The position numbers and the translations under genes were made by a program. The notes below the pieces were generated by a model, which was given only the letters and a program-made list of their open reading frames with translations, was not told the DNA's origin and searched no databases. From the NCBI GenBank assembly GCA_013152295.1, contig JAADGQ010000131.1, forward strand, positions 6,219 to 70,218: a stretch of 64,000 nucleotides of DNA, in the 5' to 3' direction. Source of the stretch: Gammaproteobacteria bacterium. Its GTDB lineage: Bacteria > Pseudomonadota > Gammaproteobacteria > JAADGQ01. This document shows, one piece after another, positions 19,849 to 31,256 of the stretch (its first letter is position 1; each line of letters begins with the position of its first letter).

Positions 19849-21444
19849 CTACGAATGATCAATGCCCTCTATTCTGCCATGTCCACTGGTCTCAGGTTGT
19901 GCGATATTGGGCAAGCGATCCAGTGATGGGCGCGCCTCCTGCAGAAAGCGTTTTAATAAATTTCGGGAGGGGCCAAGATTCGCTTCGTCGACTAAGGTGG
20001 CGATGGCAAACACCGAAGCACCGGGGGTCTGAGTAAACAGTCCCCATACACCTAGCAGCTTGGCGACGATGGGTTGGGGCGTCACGTAACCGGCAACCCG
20101 ATACCAGGACCAGATCAACATCACCTCACCACCAACTGAACGTACGACCGTCTCTTTGATTTGCCAGGCAGGGGTATCAGCGAACTCTATCTTTTGACTT
20201 CCTTTTTCCAATACGTCCCGCCACACCTCTTCATCATAGAGATAGTTCAGTGAATTAATCAGCTCTGCACCTTGATCCTGCTGCTGATAATAGGCCGTGT
20301 AGAGCTGTATATTTCCAGAACCGCTGCGCTGGTACGTTGCGTTAAATGCCCCTGTTGCACCCCGATACAAGGGCTGCCACGCGCCATCGAAAGGCTCACC
20401 ACCCTGCCAGGAACCGATGCTCGACGGTGCCTCCATCGAAAACTCATCCGGCACATGAATCACCACACTTTTCAGTGCCATGGCCGTCACCGGGGCGACA
20501 ACTAAAACACCGACGGTTAACAGCGCTCCGACAAGCAAATTTTTCGGTTTTAACACAGAGCCAGCATGTTCTTCACTTTTTGTGAATGTAGAGTGCGGTG
20601 CCACAACCACCGGTTTTATGATGTTTTTACCAAACCAAAAAAACAGCACAAGAAACCCTGCGTAGAGCAACCAACCGAAAGTCTCGTGATCATTAATCAT
20701 CGGATGCTGCATTTCGGTCACATGACCAACCCAGACAACAATGAAAACGCGCAACCAGTTGAGCACAATAGCTGCTACCGTCACAGCCCCGACAAACAGC
20801 AATCGCGGCCATAAGTATCGGTAGTTTTCATAGGCATACAGTACTGCCAAAGCCATTGAGACCAACAGGTAACGCAACCCTCCGCACACTTTCTCTATGA
20901 CAAATTGGCCGGAAGGAATGGTAATATGCACGCCCTCCAGTAGAACCGGCACATCCATTAATCGCATCAGATAATAGATAACATGCGCTGTACCAACCTG
21001 CAGCGCCGGCGCAATCAACTCCCAGATCGGCGCTGCAAACCACAAATACGCCAACGGAAAGGTAAGCGTCACCAACACGCGCGTACCAAACAACCCCCAG
21101 ACAACCATCGGCACCATTGCGATCAGGGCAATGTGCTGAATACGTTCGACATCCACTAAAAATGCGACGAACCAGAGTAGGCTCAGCGCGAACAGAAAGG
21201 TCAGCCCAAAGAGGTTGGTCGAGGCGTGACAACGACGAAGTTCATCGCGCTTCTCCCACGCCAAATAAGCAGCGATAATGATGATCAATACGCTGTGTTG
21301 ATAGTTGGAGGACTCCAGCCACAGCTCGAACAAAGAGCGCCACGACTGCCAATACAGCAGCACAAATGCCACCATGACAACGAATAGTGCAGCAATCGGC
21401 GAGCGTCTCCAGAAAATCTGACTTGTCATTACCTGACCACCCAT
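19849..21444 (-). CDS. xrtA: exosortase A fused to EpsI-family periplasmic domain
   Basis: N-terminal ~290 aa polytopic exosortase-like core; C-terminal ~220 aa with one TM plus a soluble domain typical of EpsI. 531 aa total. Confidence 0.7.
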   Translation of the reverse strand: MGGQVMTSQIFWRRSPIAALFVVMVAFVLLYWQSWRSLFELWLESSNYQHSVLIIIIAAYLAWEKRDELRRCHASTNLFGLTFLFALSLLWFVAFLVDVERIQHIALIAMVPMVVWGLFGTRVLVTLTFPLAYLWFAAPIWELIAPALQVGTAHVIYYLMRLMDVPVLLEGVHITIPSGQFVIEKVCGGLRYLLVSMALAVLYAYENYRYLWPRLLFVGAVTVAAIVLNWLRVFIVVWVGHVTEMQHPMINDHETFGWLLYAGFLVLFFWFGKNIIKPVVVAPHSTFTKSEEHAGSVLKPKNLLVGALLTVGVLVVAPVTAMALKSVVIHVPDEFSMEAPSSIGSWQGGEPFDGAWQPLYRGATGAFNATYQRSGSGNIQLYTAYYQQQDQGAELINSLNYLYDEEVWRDVLEKGSQKIEFADTPAWQIKETVVRSVGGEVMLIWSWYRVAGYVTPQPIVAKLLGVWGLFTQTPGASVFAIATLVDEANLGPSRNLLKRFLQEARPSLDRLPNIAQPETSGHGRIEGIDHS

Positions 21445-21686
21445 ACAATCCTTGGTTAACGTTAGCAGACTGCTAGTCTATCTCGCCCCGACGCCAGGAA
21501 ACGCAACGCCAAGCACATTCACAGAACCACAGACTAAAAAGAGAGAGGTAACCACTGCTCGCAGCATGAAAACAGATTGAGGGGGATCAGCGTACACTTG
21601 CTGAGTATCGGGCGGGAAACAGCCAGGAACAGCTGTCGTAAATGGAGGAAGCGCGAAACCAGAAGCTTCGCGCTAAATGTCGAACA

Positions 21687-23057
21687 CTACGCTTTGGAAG
21701 CAGCCCCCTTGAGGCTATATTTATTCATCAACGTATACAGCGTTGGTCGACTCACACCCAGCATCTCTGCTGTCTGAGAGACATTATCGTTACATAGCGC
21801 GAGCGCCCGGCGCAGTGCTATCAACTCCGCCTCTTCCCGTACCTGGCGAAGATTAAAGGGGATCGGCTCCTCACCCGGAATATCCAGCTCTAGATCTTCT
21901 GCAACGACCTGATTTCCTTCTGCCATAATCGCTGCGCGCTTAACTCGGTTCTCCAGCTCGCGAACATTACCCGGCCAGCTATAGGCCGCCAACGCCTCCA
22001 GTGCACTGGGAGAAAAGCCGCGCAAGTTTCGACCATTTTGTTGGCCAAAGGACTCCAGAAAGACTCGCGCCAGCAACATAGCATCGCCCGTTCTCTCGCG
22101 CAGTGGTGGAATTCTGATCGTCATCTCGCTAATACGGTAGTAGAGATCCTCTCTAAACGTCTTCTCCTGAACCAACACCGGCAGATCTTGATGCGTTGCA
22201 CACACCACACGCACATCCACTGCGATCTCTTCACGGCTACCGAGGCGCTCAATCACCCGCTCCTGTAAGAACCTCAACAGCTTAGCCTGCAATGACATAG
22301 GCAGGTCGCCTAACTCATCAAGAAAAAGGGTGCCGCCATTGGCGTGTTCAATTTTGCCTTTGGTCTGTTTGGCTGCGCCGGTAAACGCCCCTTTTTCGTA
22401 GCCAAAAAGCTCACTCTCTAGCAGTGCATCGGGAATAGCTGCGCAATTGATTGCGACAAATCGTTTGCCCGCACGAGGACTTAACTCGTGCAGCGCTCTG
22501 GCCAACAGCTCTTTACCCGTGCCGCTTTCACCCAGCAGCAGCGTTGTAATATCTGTCGGCGCCACCCGCTCAATGGTTCGGCAGATCTTGAGCATCTGTG
22601 GACTGGAGGTGATCAGATTACGTAGCGGTGTATCGCCCCGCTGCCGGGACAGCTCGCGATTCTCCGTCTCCAGCGCATGCAGATGGTAGGCGCGCTCAAC
22701 GATCAGCGACAGCACATCGGGATCGATAGGTTTTTGGCAAAAATCATAAGCACCCATACCAACCGCGCGAACTGCGTTTTCCCGATCATCATTACCGGTC
22801 ACTACGATCACTTTGCAGTCCGGCGCCAGAGCCAGTATCTGTTCGATAGTCGCCAAACCCTCGCTTGCGCCATCAGGATCCGGCGGCAGTCCAAGATCGG
22901 CGGTGACGACCTGAGGTTCATAACGGCGCAAATTGGCCAGTGCGCTCTCCCGATCTCCAGCCACGCTGACTTCAAACCCGTCAAAGCACCAACGCAGTTG
23001 GTTCTGCAAACCCGGATCATCTTCGATAACCAATAATCTTTTCTTTGCTTCGCTCAA
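21687..23057 (-). CDS. prsR: PEP-CTERM-box sigma-54-dependent response regulator
   Basis: Receiver domain (LLVIEDD, phospho-Asp in VVTADLGLPPD), AAA+ sigma-54 activator (GESGTGKE, GAFTGA) and C-terminal Fis-type HTH. Confidence 0.85.
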   Translation of the reverse strand: MSEAKKRLLVIEDDPGLQNQLRWCFDGFEVSVAGDRESALANLRRYEPQVVTADLGLPPDPDGASEGLATIEQILALAPDCKVIVVTGNDDRENAVRAVGMGAYDFCQKPIDPDVLSLIVERAYHLHALETENRELSRQRGDTPLRNLITSSPQMLKICRTIERVAPTDITTLLLGESGTGKELLARALHELSPRAGKRFVAINCAAIPDALLESELFGYEKGAFTGAAKQTKGKIEHANGGTLFLDELGDLPMSLQAKLLRFLQERVIERLGSREEIAVDVRVVCATHQDLPVLVQEKTFREDLYYRISEMTIRIPPLRERTGDAMLLARVFLESFGQQNGRNLRGFSPSALEALAAYSWPGNVRELENRVKRAAIMAEGNQVVAEDLELDIPGEEPIPFNLRQVREEAELIALRRALALCNDNVSQTAEMLGVSRPTLYTLMNKYSLKGAASKA

Positions 23058-23112
23058 CGGATCACCTCTACTTCTTCCACTGATAAAAGGGGTGTTTTAC
23101 ATACACTCCATC

Positions 23113-25224
23113 TCATAATAATGCTGCAACCCCTTCTTTATCGGCCCTTGATTCATTACCGTTAGCGCTGACAGCAGGCAGCCAAATACTAAACTTTGTA
23201 CCAATATCCAGAGTGCTGTTTACCTCTATTTTTCCACCAAGTTTCTGCACAAATTCACGGCTCTCATAGACACCAATACCCATGCCTGCACTGCCCTTGG
23301 TGGAGTCAAATGGCCGAAACAGACGCTCACGAACAAATTGATGATCCATACCACTGCCGTTGTCTTCAATTTCAATCAACGCGCCGCCTTTTGAGCGCGT
23401 CAGCGTTACCTTGACCCAGCCATCATCGGGCGTCGACTCCTGTGCGTTCTGCACAAGGTGCTCGATAATGGCGACTGCCCGGTCTCGGTCCGCGCGGATG
23501 ACAATATCGTCCTCTACATGTTGAATTTGCAGAGGTGGACGACGCTTTTGAGTCAGCTCTTTCACCTCATTCAGCAGCGCCAGTAAACTTACGCCGCTGA
23601 TGACATCTGTTTTTGCCTGACCCGCACGTAACTGAGCCAACAACCGGTTCATTTTCTCCACCGAGTACGCAACTGTCGTGATCGCGTCCTCCATAAATTG
23701 TGGATTATGTTTGTGCTTTTCAGCGTTTGAGACCACTAGTGTAAGCTGCGCTGCAAGATTTTTAATGTCATGAATCACAAACGCAGACAGACGATTGAAC
23801 GCTTCGAACTGGCGCGCATCAATCAACGCCCGGTTTGCCTCTAAAAGAGCAAGGTAGCTGGCAACCTGACGACCCGCGACTCTAAGCAGGTCGATATCTT
23901 CCCAATTGAAGTGATCACCAGCGCGAGAGCGCGCCAACACCAAAAAACCAACCAACTGAGTCTGCTGCATCAGCGGCACAACCAACCAGGCGTCTTCAAG
24001 GTTTTGCAACCATTCGGGCAGATCTAAATCCCGGTACAGACCTGGATCGCGAGCGTACTCATTGACATTAACCACCCACTGCCATGTCTCCAGAAAGTGG
24101 GCCAAAGAACCGTCCGCCGATTCGCTGAGGTTGTAGTCCACTTTAAGATTGCTTGCAGTAACGGGCACAAAGTGGCCAGCTTCCTGGCGCTGCCATAAAA
24201 TACCGCCGGGGCTCTCCATAATGTTGGCAACCGCGTGAATCACCTTGCGCCGCAGCTCCTCATCAGTACCTTGCATTGACAAGGTCCGTATAAATTGCTG
24301 CCACTGCTCACGATAGTCATATTTATAGGAGTAGAAATTTTTTCCGAGAAAAACTTTCAGACGCGCCTGCAACTGACCGGAGAAAACGAAAAGGAGCAGA
24401 ACCAACACCGTACCTGAAAGGAAAGCGACCTGGGCCACCCCGCCCCAGCTACCGCCAAGAAAGCGGATGTAATAACCACCGGCAGCCATCACCAGCAGAT
24501 AGAGGCCGGCCCCAAACAGTACAGTGCTACGAAATACGAGGCGCCGCGAGACGGTAATATCGACAGCCCACTGAGGATTACGAGAGACTGATATGGCAAT
24601 GAGCGGAACAACAAGCGCATTGACAATGCCACGGGCATTCCATAAATCTGCATCAATGACATTGACCAACAGTGCATCTGAATAGAGCACAAAGTCATAC
24701 GCAAACAGGCCACCAATCCCGAAACACAAAAACTTCACGGCCCAGCGCTGATCCTTGGGTGTATTGCGGAACAGCTGCTCAATCAACACTAGCCCAATCA
24801 CCGCCAATATCACCTGACCAACGATACTGACATTCACATCGATGAGTGGCTGCAACAGCTCCCTGGCCATTTGCGGATAGAGCAGAACCAGAACCAACAG
24901 AAGACAAAACAGCGGCATAACCAGACTAACCGCTCTGATTTTTGCCGGTCCAACTTCGCCATCATGCCCAGAACGCACCAAGACAAACAGGAAGAGCAGC
25001 CAGAAAGAGCTGCGTAACACTTCGAGCAGCGACATCATCAACGAAGAGGGATAGTCCGCAGCCGCGTGATAGGCGGCCGTTACCGCCCATACCGTGGAGA
25101 TCATGGATGCAATCGCCAGAAAAACACCCTGCCTCTGCCCACGCCAACCAACGACCAGCAATAGCGTCAGTACCAAAAATGCTACCGCAGCAGCTGCGTA
25201 ACAGACCATCCCGACACTAAACAA
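23113..25224 (-). CDS. prsK: PEP-CTERM system sensor histidine kinase
   Basis: 703 aa; ~10 N-terminal TM helices, a GAF-like region, HisKA (FVIHDIKN) and HATPase_c (DNGSGMD...GMGIGV). Confidence 0.8.
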   Translation of the reverse strand: MFSVGMVCYAAAAVAFLVLTLLLVVGWRGQRQGVFLAIASMISTVWAVTAAYHAAADYPSSLMMSLLEVLRSSFWLLFLFVLVRSGHDGEVGPAKIRAVSLVMPLFCLLLVLVLLYPQMARELLQPLIDVNVSIVGQVILAVIGLVLIEQLFRNTPKDQRWAVKFLCFGIGGLFAYDFVLYSDALLVNVIDADLWNARGIVNALVVPLIAISVSRNPQWAVDITVSRRLVFRSTVLFGAGLYLLVMAAGGYYIRFLGGSWGGVAQVAFLSGTVLVLLLFVFSGQLQARLKVFLGKNFYSYKYDYREQWQQFIRTLSMQGTDEELRRKVIHAVANIMESPGGILWQRQEAGHFVPVTASNLKVDYNLSESADGSLAHFLETWQWVVNVNEYARDPGLYRDLDLPEWLQNLEDAWLVVPLMQQTQLVGFLVLARSRAGDHFNWEDIDLLRVAGRQVASYLALLEANRALIDARQFEAFNRLSAFVIHDIKNLAAQLTLVVSNAEKHKHNPQFMEDAITTVAYSVEKMNRLLAQLRAGQAKTDVISGVSLLALLNEVKELTQKRRPPLQIQHVEDDIVIRADRDRAVAIIEHLVQNAQESTPDDGWVKVTLTRSKGGALIEIEDNGSGMDHQFVRERLFRPFDSTKGSAGMGIGVYESREFVQKLGGKIEVNSTLDIGTKFSIWLPAVSANGNESRADKEGVAALL

Positions 25225-25259
25225 TGTAGAGCCCGCCTCGTTGCAATGCCGTGTATGAA

Positions 25260-26648
25260 CTAACGACTACCCTGGCGCCAGAATATGACCGGCGAAGTCT
25301 GAAAAACAATCATTAAATCGAGCAGTAAACTATAGTTTTTCACATAATACAGGTCATATTGCAGCTTTTCATAGGAGTCCTGCTCCGACGCACCATAGGG
25401 ATAACAGATCTGCGCCCAGCCCGTGATACCAGGCTTAACACGGTGGCGTTCTGCATAATAAGGGATGCTCGCAGAGAGCTGCTCAACAAATTCTGGGCGC
25501 TCGGGGCGCGGCCCGACAAAACTCATTTCACCCTTAAGTACATTGAAAATTTGCGGCAATTCATCAATACGCACTTTGCGGATAAAGTCACCAACCCGTG
25601 TAATACGGTTATCATTTTCCAGAGCCCACTGCGCACCATCCTGCGCCTCGGCATCAACACGCATACTGCGAAATTTGATCACCTGAAATAACTTCCAGTT
25701 CTGCCCCACTCGAACCTGGCGATAGAATATGGGACCGCTATCCTCAAAAAGGATGGCTAACGCCGTTAACAACATAATGGGCCAAGTCACCGCCAGCAGC
25801 AACAGAGCCGCCACGATATCAATGACTCTTTTGCTATACACACGAAAAGCACCAAAACGAAAACCATCGGAAAAAACCATCCAGCTGGGATGCATGATAT
25901 CAAGCATCACCTTACCGCGCTGACGCTCAAAGAAAGTCAACAGGTCAATAACTTCGATGCCACTCATGCGGCAGTCCAATATCTCGTGCACAGGGAAGGC
26001 CTTGCGTCGATCATCCAGCGCCTCCACAATTTCATGCGCATCATAGCGCTTGGAAATTTCCAGTAATGTGGTATCAGCATGAATAATGTTGCTGCGCTCT
26101 ACAAGCTCTTCACCACCCATTGAGACATAGCCAACGACAACGAATCCGCGGCGATCCAGCTTTCTGCGCAATCGCTCATTGATACTTTTTGCACGCGCTC
26201 CGGCACCCAGCACCAAGACGCGCCGCTGCAGTGCGTCTTGGTCAACCAGCTTGAAAAATATCGCGCGTGCAGCGACCACACAGATAAAAGCAAAAAAGAG
26301 CGCAATACCGAAAGCACCGCGCCCCAAAAACATACTGGGAAATGCGTAGAATATCAGCGACATCAAGGCGAACCCGAGCAGGAAGCCAGCGCCCAAACGC
26401 AGCAGCATTCCCGAAAACCCTTCCCGCAGCTGACGCTGGTACAGACCCATGGCGGTATTAATACTAACCATGAGCAACATAAACAGTGTTGCTTTAAAAA
26501 ATATCGGTTCGATGCCAGGCGGAAGCTCCTCTTCCCCCCAAAACCGTAGTGCAACACCCAGGTAAATGGAGACAAAAAAGAGAGCAGCTTCCACCAATCC
26601 CAAAAATACAAAATATTTCGGTATGTAGTGCCTGAATACTCGGAGCAT
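25260..26648 (-). CDS. PEP-CTERM-associated undecaprenyl-phosphate sugar phosphotransferase (EpsB/WbaP-like)
   Basis: Five TM helices, central Rossmann-like domain and C-terminal bacterial sugar transferase motif (DELPQIFNVLKGEMSFVGPRPERPEF). Confidence 0.85.
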   Translation of the reverse strand: MLRVFRHYIPKYFVFLGLVEAALFFVSIYLGVALRFWGEEELPPGIEPIFFKATLFMLLMVSINTAMGLYQRQLREGFSGMLLRLGAGFLLGFALMSLIFYAFPSMFLGRGAFGIALFFAFICVVAARAIFFKLVDQDALQRRVLVLGAGARAKSINERLRRKLDRRGFVVVGYVSMGGEELVERSNIIHADTTLLEISKRYDAHEIVEALDDRRKAFPVHEILDCRMSGIEVIDLLTFFERQRGKVMLDIMHPSWMVFSDGFRFGAFRVYSKRVIDIVAALLLLAVTWPIMLLTALAILFEDSGPIFYRQVRVGQNWKLFQVIKFRSMRVDAEAQDGAQWALENDNRITRVGDFIRKVRIDELPQIFNVLKGEMSFVGPRPERPEFVEQLSASIPYYAERHRVKPGITGWAQICYPYGASEQDSYEKLQYDLYYVKNYSLLLDLMIVFQTSPVIFWRQGSR

Positions 26649-27399
26649 CTTTAGTCCCTAAAAATAAAATGTTAATAAATCGGCCCTAAATAAAGATAGC
26701 CGTTAGCTGCCAAGTCAAGGCAGCTCAAATACACTCACACAAAAGCGACCGCACCTTCGGCTCTAATCGGCAAGCCTGACCCCATCACTAAAATCTCAAG
26801 AACACGATTGAAATAGCCGATGAAGGTTAGCTCAACCCGAGCACACCAACTGTCGCCGTAGTAGTCGGCTGACAGCAGAGAAAATCAAGTCAAGGCAGAC
26901 ACTTTTAACATGCATAAAAAACCGTTGCGCGAAACGCAATAAGTGGGTCATATGACAAGAGGGCAATGGCATTGTTGAGAACGGCACACAACTTGACTGC
27001 TGACGACCAAAATCAGGAGCGACGAGCAGCTTCCGCTCACGGGAATAACGATCGAATGAGAAGCCCATCGACACTGGCTGCTGAATCAGAAGCAGATTTA
27101 CAATGAGAAATCCACTACCCAATTTGCGCTGCAATCATAACGCCCCAGGCTACCATTTTCCATCCAAACCCAAACCCATTCACTCATCCATATTCCGTGA
27201 ACCATGTCGCTAATTTGGCGAAGCCGGAACACTATAATCAGTGTCCACGCACTATATTCTCATTCCATGCACAAGAATGTGACGAAAGTCAACAAGTTTG
27301 ATATCGTTACTCTCCCCAGCAGGTGCGGCGCCATCCAGCAGTTCATTCGCTATTTTCCACAAGCAAACCGTTCAGATTTAATTTAATGGAGCAAATTAT

Positions 27400-28728
27400 A
27401 TGAAGGTCACCATTTTTGGCTCAGGGTATGTTGGGCTCGTTACGGGCACCTGCCTCGCTGAAGTCGGCAACGACGTACTGTGCGTTGACATCGACGCCAA
27501 TAAAATCGATATGCTCAATCGCGGGGAGCTCCCCATTTACGAGCCCGGTCTCGAAGAGCTCGTACACAGCAACGCCAAAGCGGGCCGCCTCGCCTTCACC
27601 ACGGATGTTGCTGCGGGCATCACCCACGGACTATTTCAATTCATCGCTGTGGGCACCCCGCCCGACGAAGATGGCTCTGCCGACCTGCAGTATGTGCTCG
27701 CTGTCGCCAACAGCATCGGTGAGCACATGCCGGACTACCGGGTCGTCATCGATAAATCCACAGTGCCTGTAGGCACGGCTGACAAGGTACACGAAACCAT
27801 TCGAAGCGCCTTGAAAAAACGTGGTGTCGAGGTCGATTTCGATGTCGTATCAAATCCGGAGTTTCTCAAAGAGGGCGCAGCAATTGATGACTTCATGAAG
27901 CCTGACCGCATTGTCATCGGCACCGACAATCCACGCACCACCGAGCTGTTGCGTGCGCTCTACACACCGTTCAACCGCAGCCGAGACCGCCTGATATCAA
28001 TGGACATTCGCTCAGCCGAACTGACCAAGTATGCTGCTAACGCCATGCTTGCCACCAAGATCAGCTTTATGAATGAGCTATCGAACCTCGCGGAACGACT
28101 GGGTGCCGATATTGAACAAGTACGCATCGGTATCGGCTCAGACCCACGCATCGGCTACCATTTCATCTACCCAGGCTGCGGCTATGGCGGCTCATGCTTT
28201 CCCAAAGATGTTCAAGCATTGGAACGAACAGCACATGAAGTGGGCTACCAAGCAGACTTGCTCAGCGCCGTAGAAGCCGTCAACAAAAACCAGAAACAGA
28301 TACTCTTTAACAAAATCAGCCACCACTTTGATGGCAATCTGAAGGGCAAGACGTTTGCGCTTTGGGGGCTGGCGTTCAAACCCAACACTGACGATATGCG
28401 TGCGGCTCCCAGCCGAGCATTGATGGAAGCGCTGTGGGAAAATGGCGCGCAGGTGCAAGCATACGACCCGGAAGCGATCAACGAAGCACAACGCATTTAT
28501 GGCGAGCGCTCTGATCTAGCATTGGTTGAGTCACCGGAAGCAGCACTACAGGGAGCCGACGCGCTGGTTATCGTTACCGAATGGAATGTCTTCCGCAGCC
28601 AAGATCCCGCCAAAATCAAAGAGATTCTACAAGAGCCGCTCATATTCGACGGTCGAAATCTCTACGATCCAAAGCGATTGCAAGCGGAGGGCTTTACCTA
28701 CTACGCCATAGGGCGCGGAACTTCATAA
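27400..28728 (+). CDS. ugd: UDP-glucose 6-dehydrogenase
   Basis: [13 protein letters not shown] fold and catalytic [10 protein letters not shown] motif. Confidence 0.9.
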   Translation: MKVTIFGSGYVGLVTGTCLAEVGNDVLCVDIDANKIDMLNRGELPIYEPGLEELVHSNAKAGRLAFTTDVAAGITHGLFQFIAVGTPPDEDGSADLQYVLAVANSIGEHMPDYRVVIDKSTVPVGTADKVHETIRSALKKRGVEVDFDVVSNPEFLKEGAAIDDFMKPDRIVIGTDNPRTTELLRALYTPFNRSRDRLISMDIRSAELTKYAANAMLATKISFMNELSNLAERLGADIEQVRIGIGSDPRIGYHFIYPGCGYGGSCFPKDVQALERTAHEVGYQADLLSAVEAVNKNQKQILFNKISHHFDGNLKGKTFALWGLAFKPNTDDMRAAPSRALMEALWENGAQVQAYDPEAINEAQRIYGERSDLALVESPEAALQGADALVIVTEWNVFRSQDPAKIKEILQEPLIFDGRNLYDPKRLQAEGFTYYAIGRGTS

Positions 28729-28842
28729 GCATCTACTCAAACAAGGCCAGCCATTGCTGGTGCAGTCCCTCTGCAATTTTTATAGATTACCCCTGCAGGG
28801 CATAGCATCGGTAAATGGCGCATATAATCGACGGAAAAAAAT

Positions 28843-30120
28843 ATGGCAAACTTGGAAAATACTCGCATAGGAATGATCGGACTGGGTTACGTTGGCCTCC
28901 CGCTTGCGGTGGAGTTCGGCAAACAGTTTCCCACTGTTGGGTTGGATATCAACGAAGCGCGCATCGCCGAACTCAAGCAGGGCAAAGACAGCTCGCTGGA
29001 AGTTGAGCCCGAGGAGCTTCAACAGTGCCCTCATATCAGCTTCACTGCTAACCCAAACGATCTCGCCGACTGTAACGTCTACATCGTTACCGTCCCCACG
29101 CCGATCGACAACAACAAACGCCCCGACCTGTCACCACTGGTCGGGGCCAGCACCAGCATCGGCAAGTTACTCAAAGAGGGTGATGTCGTCATCTATGAGT
29201 CAACCGTCTATCCCGGCGCAACAGAAGAGGTCTGCATCCCTATTCTTGAAGCTCAATCGGGACTCACCTATAACAAAAACTTCTTTGCTGGCTACAGTCC
29301 GGAGCGCATCAATCCCGGCGACAAAGAGCACCGGGTCACAAACATCAAAAAGGTGACCGCTGGCTCTACCCCGGAAATCGCTGATTTCGTTGATGCGCTT
29401 TATTGTCGCGTTATTACAGTAGGCACCCATAAAGCGAGTAGCATCCGCGTTGCTGAAGCCGCCAAGGTGATCGAAAACACTCAGCGCGATGTCAACATTG
29501 CCCTGATCAACGAACTCGCACTGATCTTTGGCCGTCTTGGAATCAATACCGAAGAGGTACTCGAAGCAGCAGGTTCAAAATGGAACTTTCTGCCGTTTCG
29601 CCCCGGCCTGGTCGGTGGCCACTGCATCGGCGTTGACCCCTACTACCTGACACACAAAGCGCAAGAGATCGGCTATCATCCCGAGATGATACTTGCCGGG
29701 CGCCGCGTCAATGACGGAATGGGCGCTTATGTGGCAGAGCAGGTCGTTAAACTCATGACGCGCAAACGCATTCATGTCACCGACGCTAACATTTTGATAA
29801 TGGGCCTCACATTCAAAGAGAATTGCCCCGATCTGCGCAACACGCGCGTCGTCGATATCATTGATGAATTTCAGGACTACCACGCCAATGTCACCGTCTA
29901 CGACCCTTGGGTTAGTGCCGAAGAAGCGAAACGTGAATACGGCATCACCACCGTTGATACACTTGAAAAAGGACGTTACGACGCCATCATTCTCGCTGTC
30001 TCTCACAATCAATTCAAAGAGATGGGACTTGAAGAGATTCGCGCACTGGGCAAACCTCAGTCCGTACTTTTTGACATTAAATACCTTTTCCCCGCCGACC
30101 AGGTAGACGGGCGCCTGTAA
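28843..30120 (+). CDS. nucleotide-sugar dehydrogenase, TviB/WbpO-like (UDP-N-acetyl-D-glucosamine 6-dehydrogenase family)
   Basis: [18 protein letters not shown]-terminus and [12 protein letters not shown] catalytic motif, typical of the UDP-GlcNAc/ManNAc dehydrogenase branch. Confidence 0.8.
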   Translation: MANLENTRIGMIGLGYVGLPLAVEFGKQFPTVGLDINEARIAELKQGKDSSLEVEPEELQQCPHISFTANPNDLADCNVYIVTVPTPIDNNKRPDLSPLVGASTSIGKLLKEGDVVIYESTVYPGATEEVCIPILEAQSGLTYNKNFFAGYSPERINPGDKEHRVTNIKKVTAGSTPEIADFVDALYCRVITVGTHKASSIRVAEAAKVIENTQRDVNIALINELALIFGRLGINTEEVLEAAGSKWNFLPFRPGLVGGHCIGVDPYYLTHKAQEIGYHPEMILAGRRVNDGMGAYVAEQVVKLMTRKRIHVTDANILIMGLTFKENCPDLRNTRVVDIIDEFQDYHANVTVYDPWVSAEEAKREYGITTVDTLEKGRYDAIILAVSHNQFKEMGLEEIRALGKPQSVLFDIKYLFPADQVDGRL

Positions 30121-30186
30121 CTACACGACCATCACCGCTGCCGGCAGCGGTGCAACACTAACCATTTGTTCAATGTAGGAGTCACC

Positions 30187-31194
30187 ATGAAAGTCCTCGT
30201 TACGGGCACCGCCGGATTCATCGGCAGCACGCTGGCACTGCGCTTAATGGCGCGCGGCGATGAAGTCATTGGCGTGGATAACGTCAATGACTATTACGAC
30301 GTCAATTTAAAGCTGGCCCGTCTGGAACGCGTTAAAGTCGGCGGCAACTTCACAGAAGAGCGCATCGACCTCGAAGACCGGGCAGCAATGGAAGCGGTCT
30401 TCAAAAAGCATCGTCCACAACGTGTCGTGAATTTGGCCGCCCAGGCAGGTGTGCGTTACTCGCTAACCAACCCTCATGCTTATATCGAAAGCAATATTGC
30501 TGGCTTCATCAACATTCTCGAAGGCTGTCGACACAACGATGTCGAGCATCTGGTCTACGCATCAAGCAGCTCGGTCTACGGTGCCAACACCACCATGCCA
30601 TTCTCTGTGCACCATAATGTCGATCACCCGGTCAGTCTCTACGCGGCAAGTAAAAAAGCCAACGAGCTGATGGCGCACACCTACAGTCATCTCTACCAGA
30701 TGCCAACCACAGGACTACGTTTCTTTACTGTTTACGGTCCGTGGGGTCGACCAGACATGGCACTGTTTATCTTTACCAAGAAAATTCTTGAAGGCGAGCC
30801 CATTGATGTTTTTAATTTCGGCAAATGCCAGCGCGACTTCACCTACATCGACGACATTGTTGAGGGCGTGATTCGTACACTGGATAACGTCGCCACCAGC
30901 AACCCCGATTGGTCAGGCGCCGAACCTGACTCAGCCACCAGCCTAGCGCCCTACAAGCTCTACAATATCGGCAATAACCAGCCCGTTGAATTGCTCTATT
31001 TCATTGAAGTCATTGAAAAATGCCTGGGTAAAAAAGCCAACAAAAATCTGATGCCGCTACAACCCGGCGACGTTCCGGCCACTTATGCGGATGTAGATGA
31101 TCTGATCAACGATGTCGGCTTTGCGCCAAAAACAGCGATCGAAGATGGTATTGGGCGCTTTATCGAGTGGTATAAGGGATACTACAAAGTTTAG
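30187..31194 (+). CDS. NAD-dependent UDP-glucuronate (or UDP-GlcNAcA) 4-epimerase, Cap1J/TviC-like
   Basis: [14 protein letters not shown], the [16 protein letters not shown] signature of the UDP-uronate 4-epimerase clade, and YASSSSVYG...YAASK catalytic triad. Start at 30187 (AGGAG RBS) rather than 30166. Confidence 0.85.
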   Translation: MKVLVTGTAGFIGSTLALRLMARGDEVIGVDNVNDYYDVNLKLARLERVKVGGNFTEERIDLEDRAAMEAVFKKHRPQRVVNLAAQAGVRYSLTNPHAYIESNIAGFINILEGCRHNDVEHLVYASSSSVYGANTTMPFSVHHNVDHPVSLYAASKKANELMAHTYSHLYQMPTTGLRFFTVYGPWGRPDMALFIFTKKILEGEPIDVFNFGKCQRDFTYIDDIVEGVIRTLDNVATSNPDWSGAEPDSATSLAPYKLYNIGNNQPVELLYFIEVIEKCLGKKANKNLMPLQPGDVPATYADVDDLINDVGFAPKTAIEDGIGRFIEWYKGYYKV

Positions 31195-31256
31195 TCTCAG
31201 CAAGCCAAACTCAGCACGGCCAGCAAAAACGATCCTGACTCGGGAAGGATAACGCC

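Noticed and set aside
26832-27134. 100-aa ORF in the 750-bp intergenic region
   Set aside because: Low-complexity translation with no RBS, in an AT-rich regulatory region; more likely non-coding.
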